Origin: Lama guanicoe
Taxonomy: Eukaryota
Length of the DNA: 64,000 nt
Assembly: GCA_013239625.1 (NCBI GenBank)
Contig: MU054391.1
Span: 3,191,130 to 3,255,129, forward strand
Reading direction: 5' to 3'
Under the pieces are notes generated by a model. That model saw nothing but the letters and a program-made list of their open reading frames with translations. It was not told where the DNA came from and did not search any database. Shown one piece after another: positions 63,998 through 64,000 of the stretch. A program made the position numbers and the translations under genes. The stretch's first letter is position 1; the number at the start of each line of letters is the position of its first letter.

Positions 63998-64000
63998 TAT
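63826..64000. repeat. Compound (CA)n(TA)n microsatellite, present twice, in an L1 3' end
   Basis: ggtatacagcatactgattcagttata (L1 3' UTR, reverse) followed by two CA/TA blocks. Confidence 0.85.

Overview
Mammalian genomic DNA, probably camelid: three short tRNA-derived SINEs match the camelid vic-1 type, amid L1, L2, MIR, MaLR/ERV1 LTRs and old DNA transposons. No intact protein-coding gene is supported, and the listed ORFs are essentially spurious or repeat-derived. The main signal is missing from the ORF track. On the minus strand, about 23.7 kb down to 0.7 kb, roughly 18 exon-like segments with recognisable splice sites join in order into a decayed CH - DH (RhoGEF) - PH - SH2-like protein, i.e. 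a Vav-like GEF. It carries stops, frameshifts and broken splice sites and is very divergent from VAV1/2/3, so it is a candidate unitary pseudogene of a lost Vav-like paralogue. Domain calls come from motif recognition by eye, not a database search. The remaining 24-64 kb looks intergenic, with repeats, CpG-rich patches, candidate enhancers and a clear twin-primed (5'-inverted) L1 insertion.
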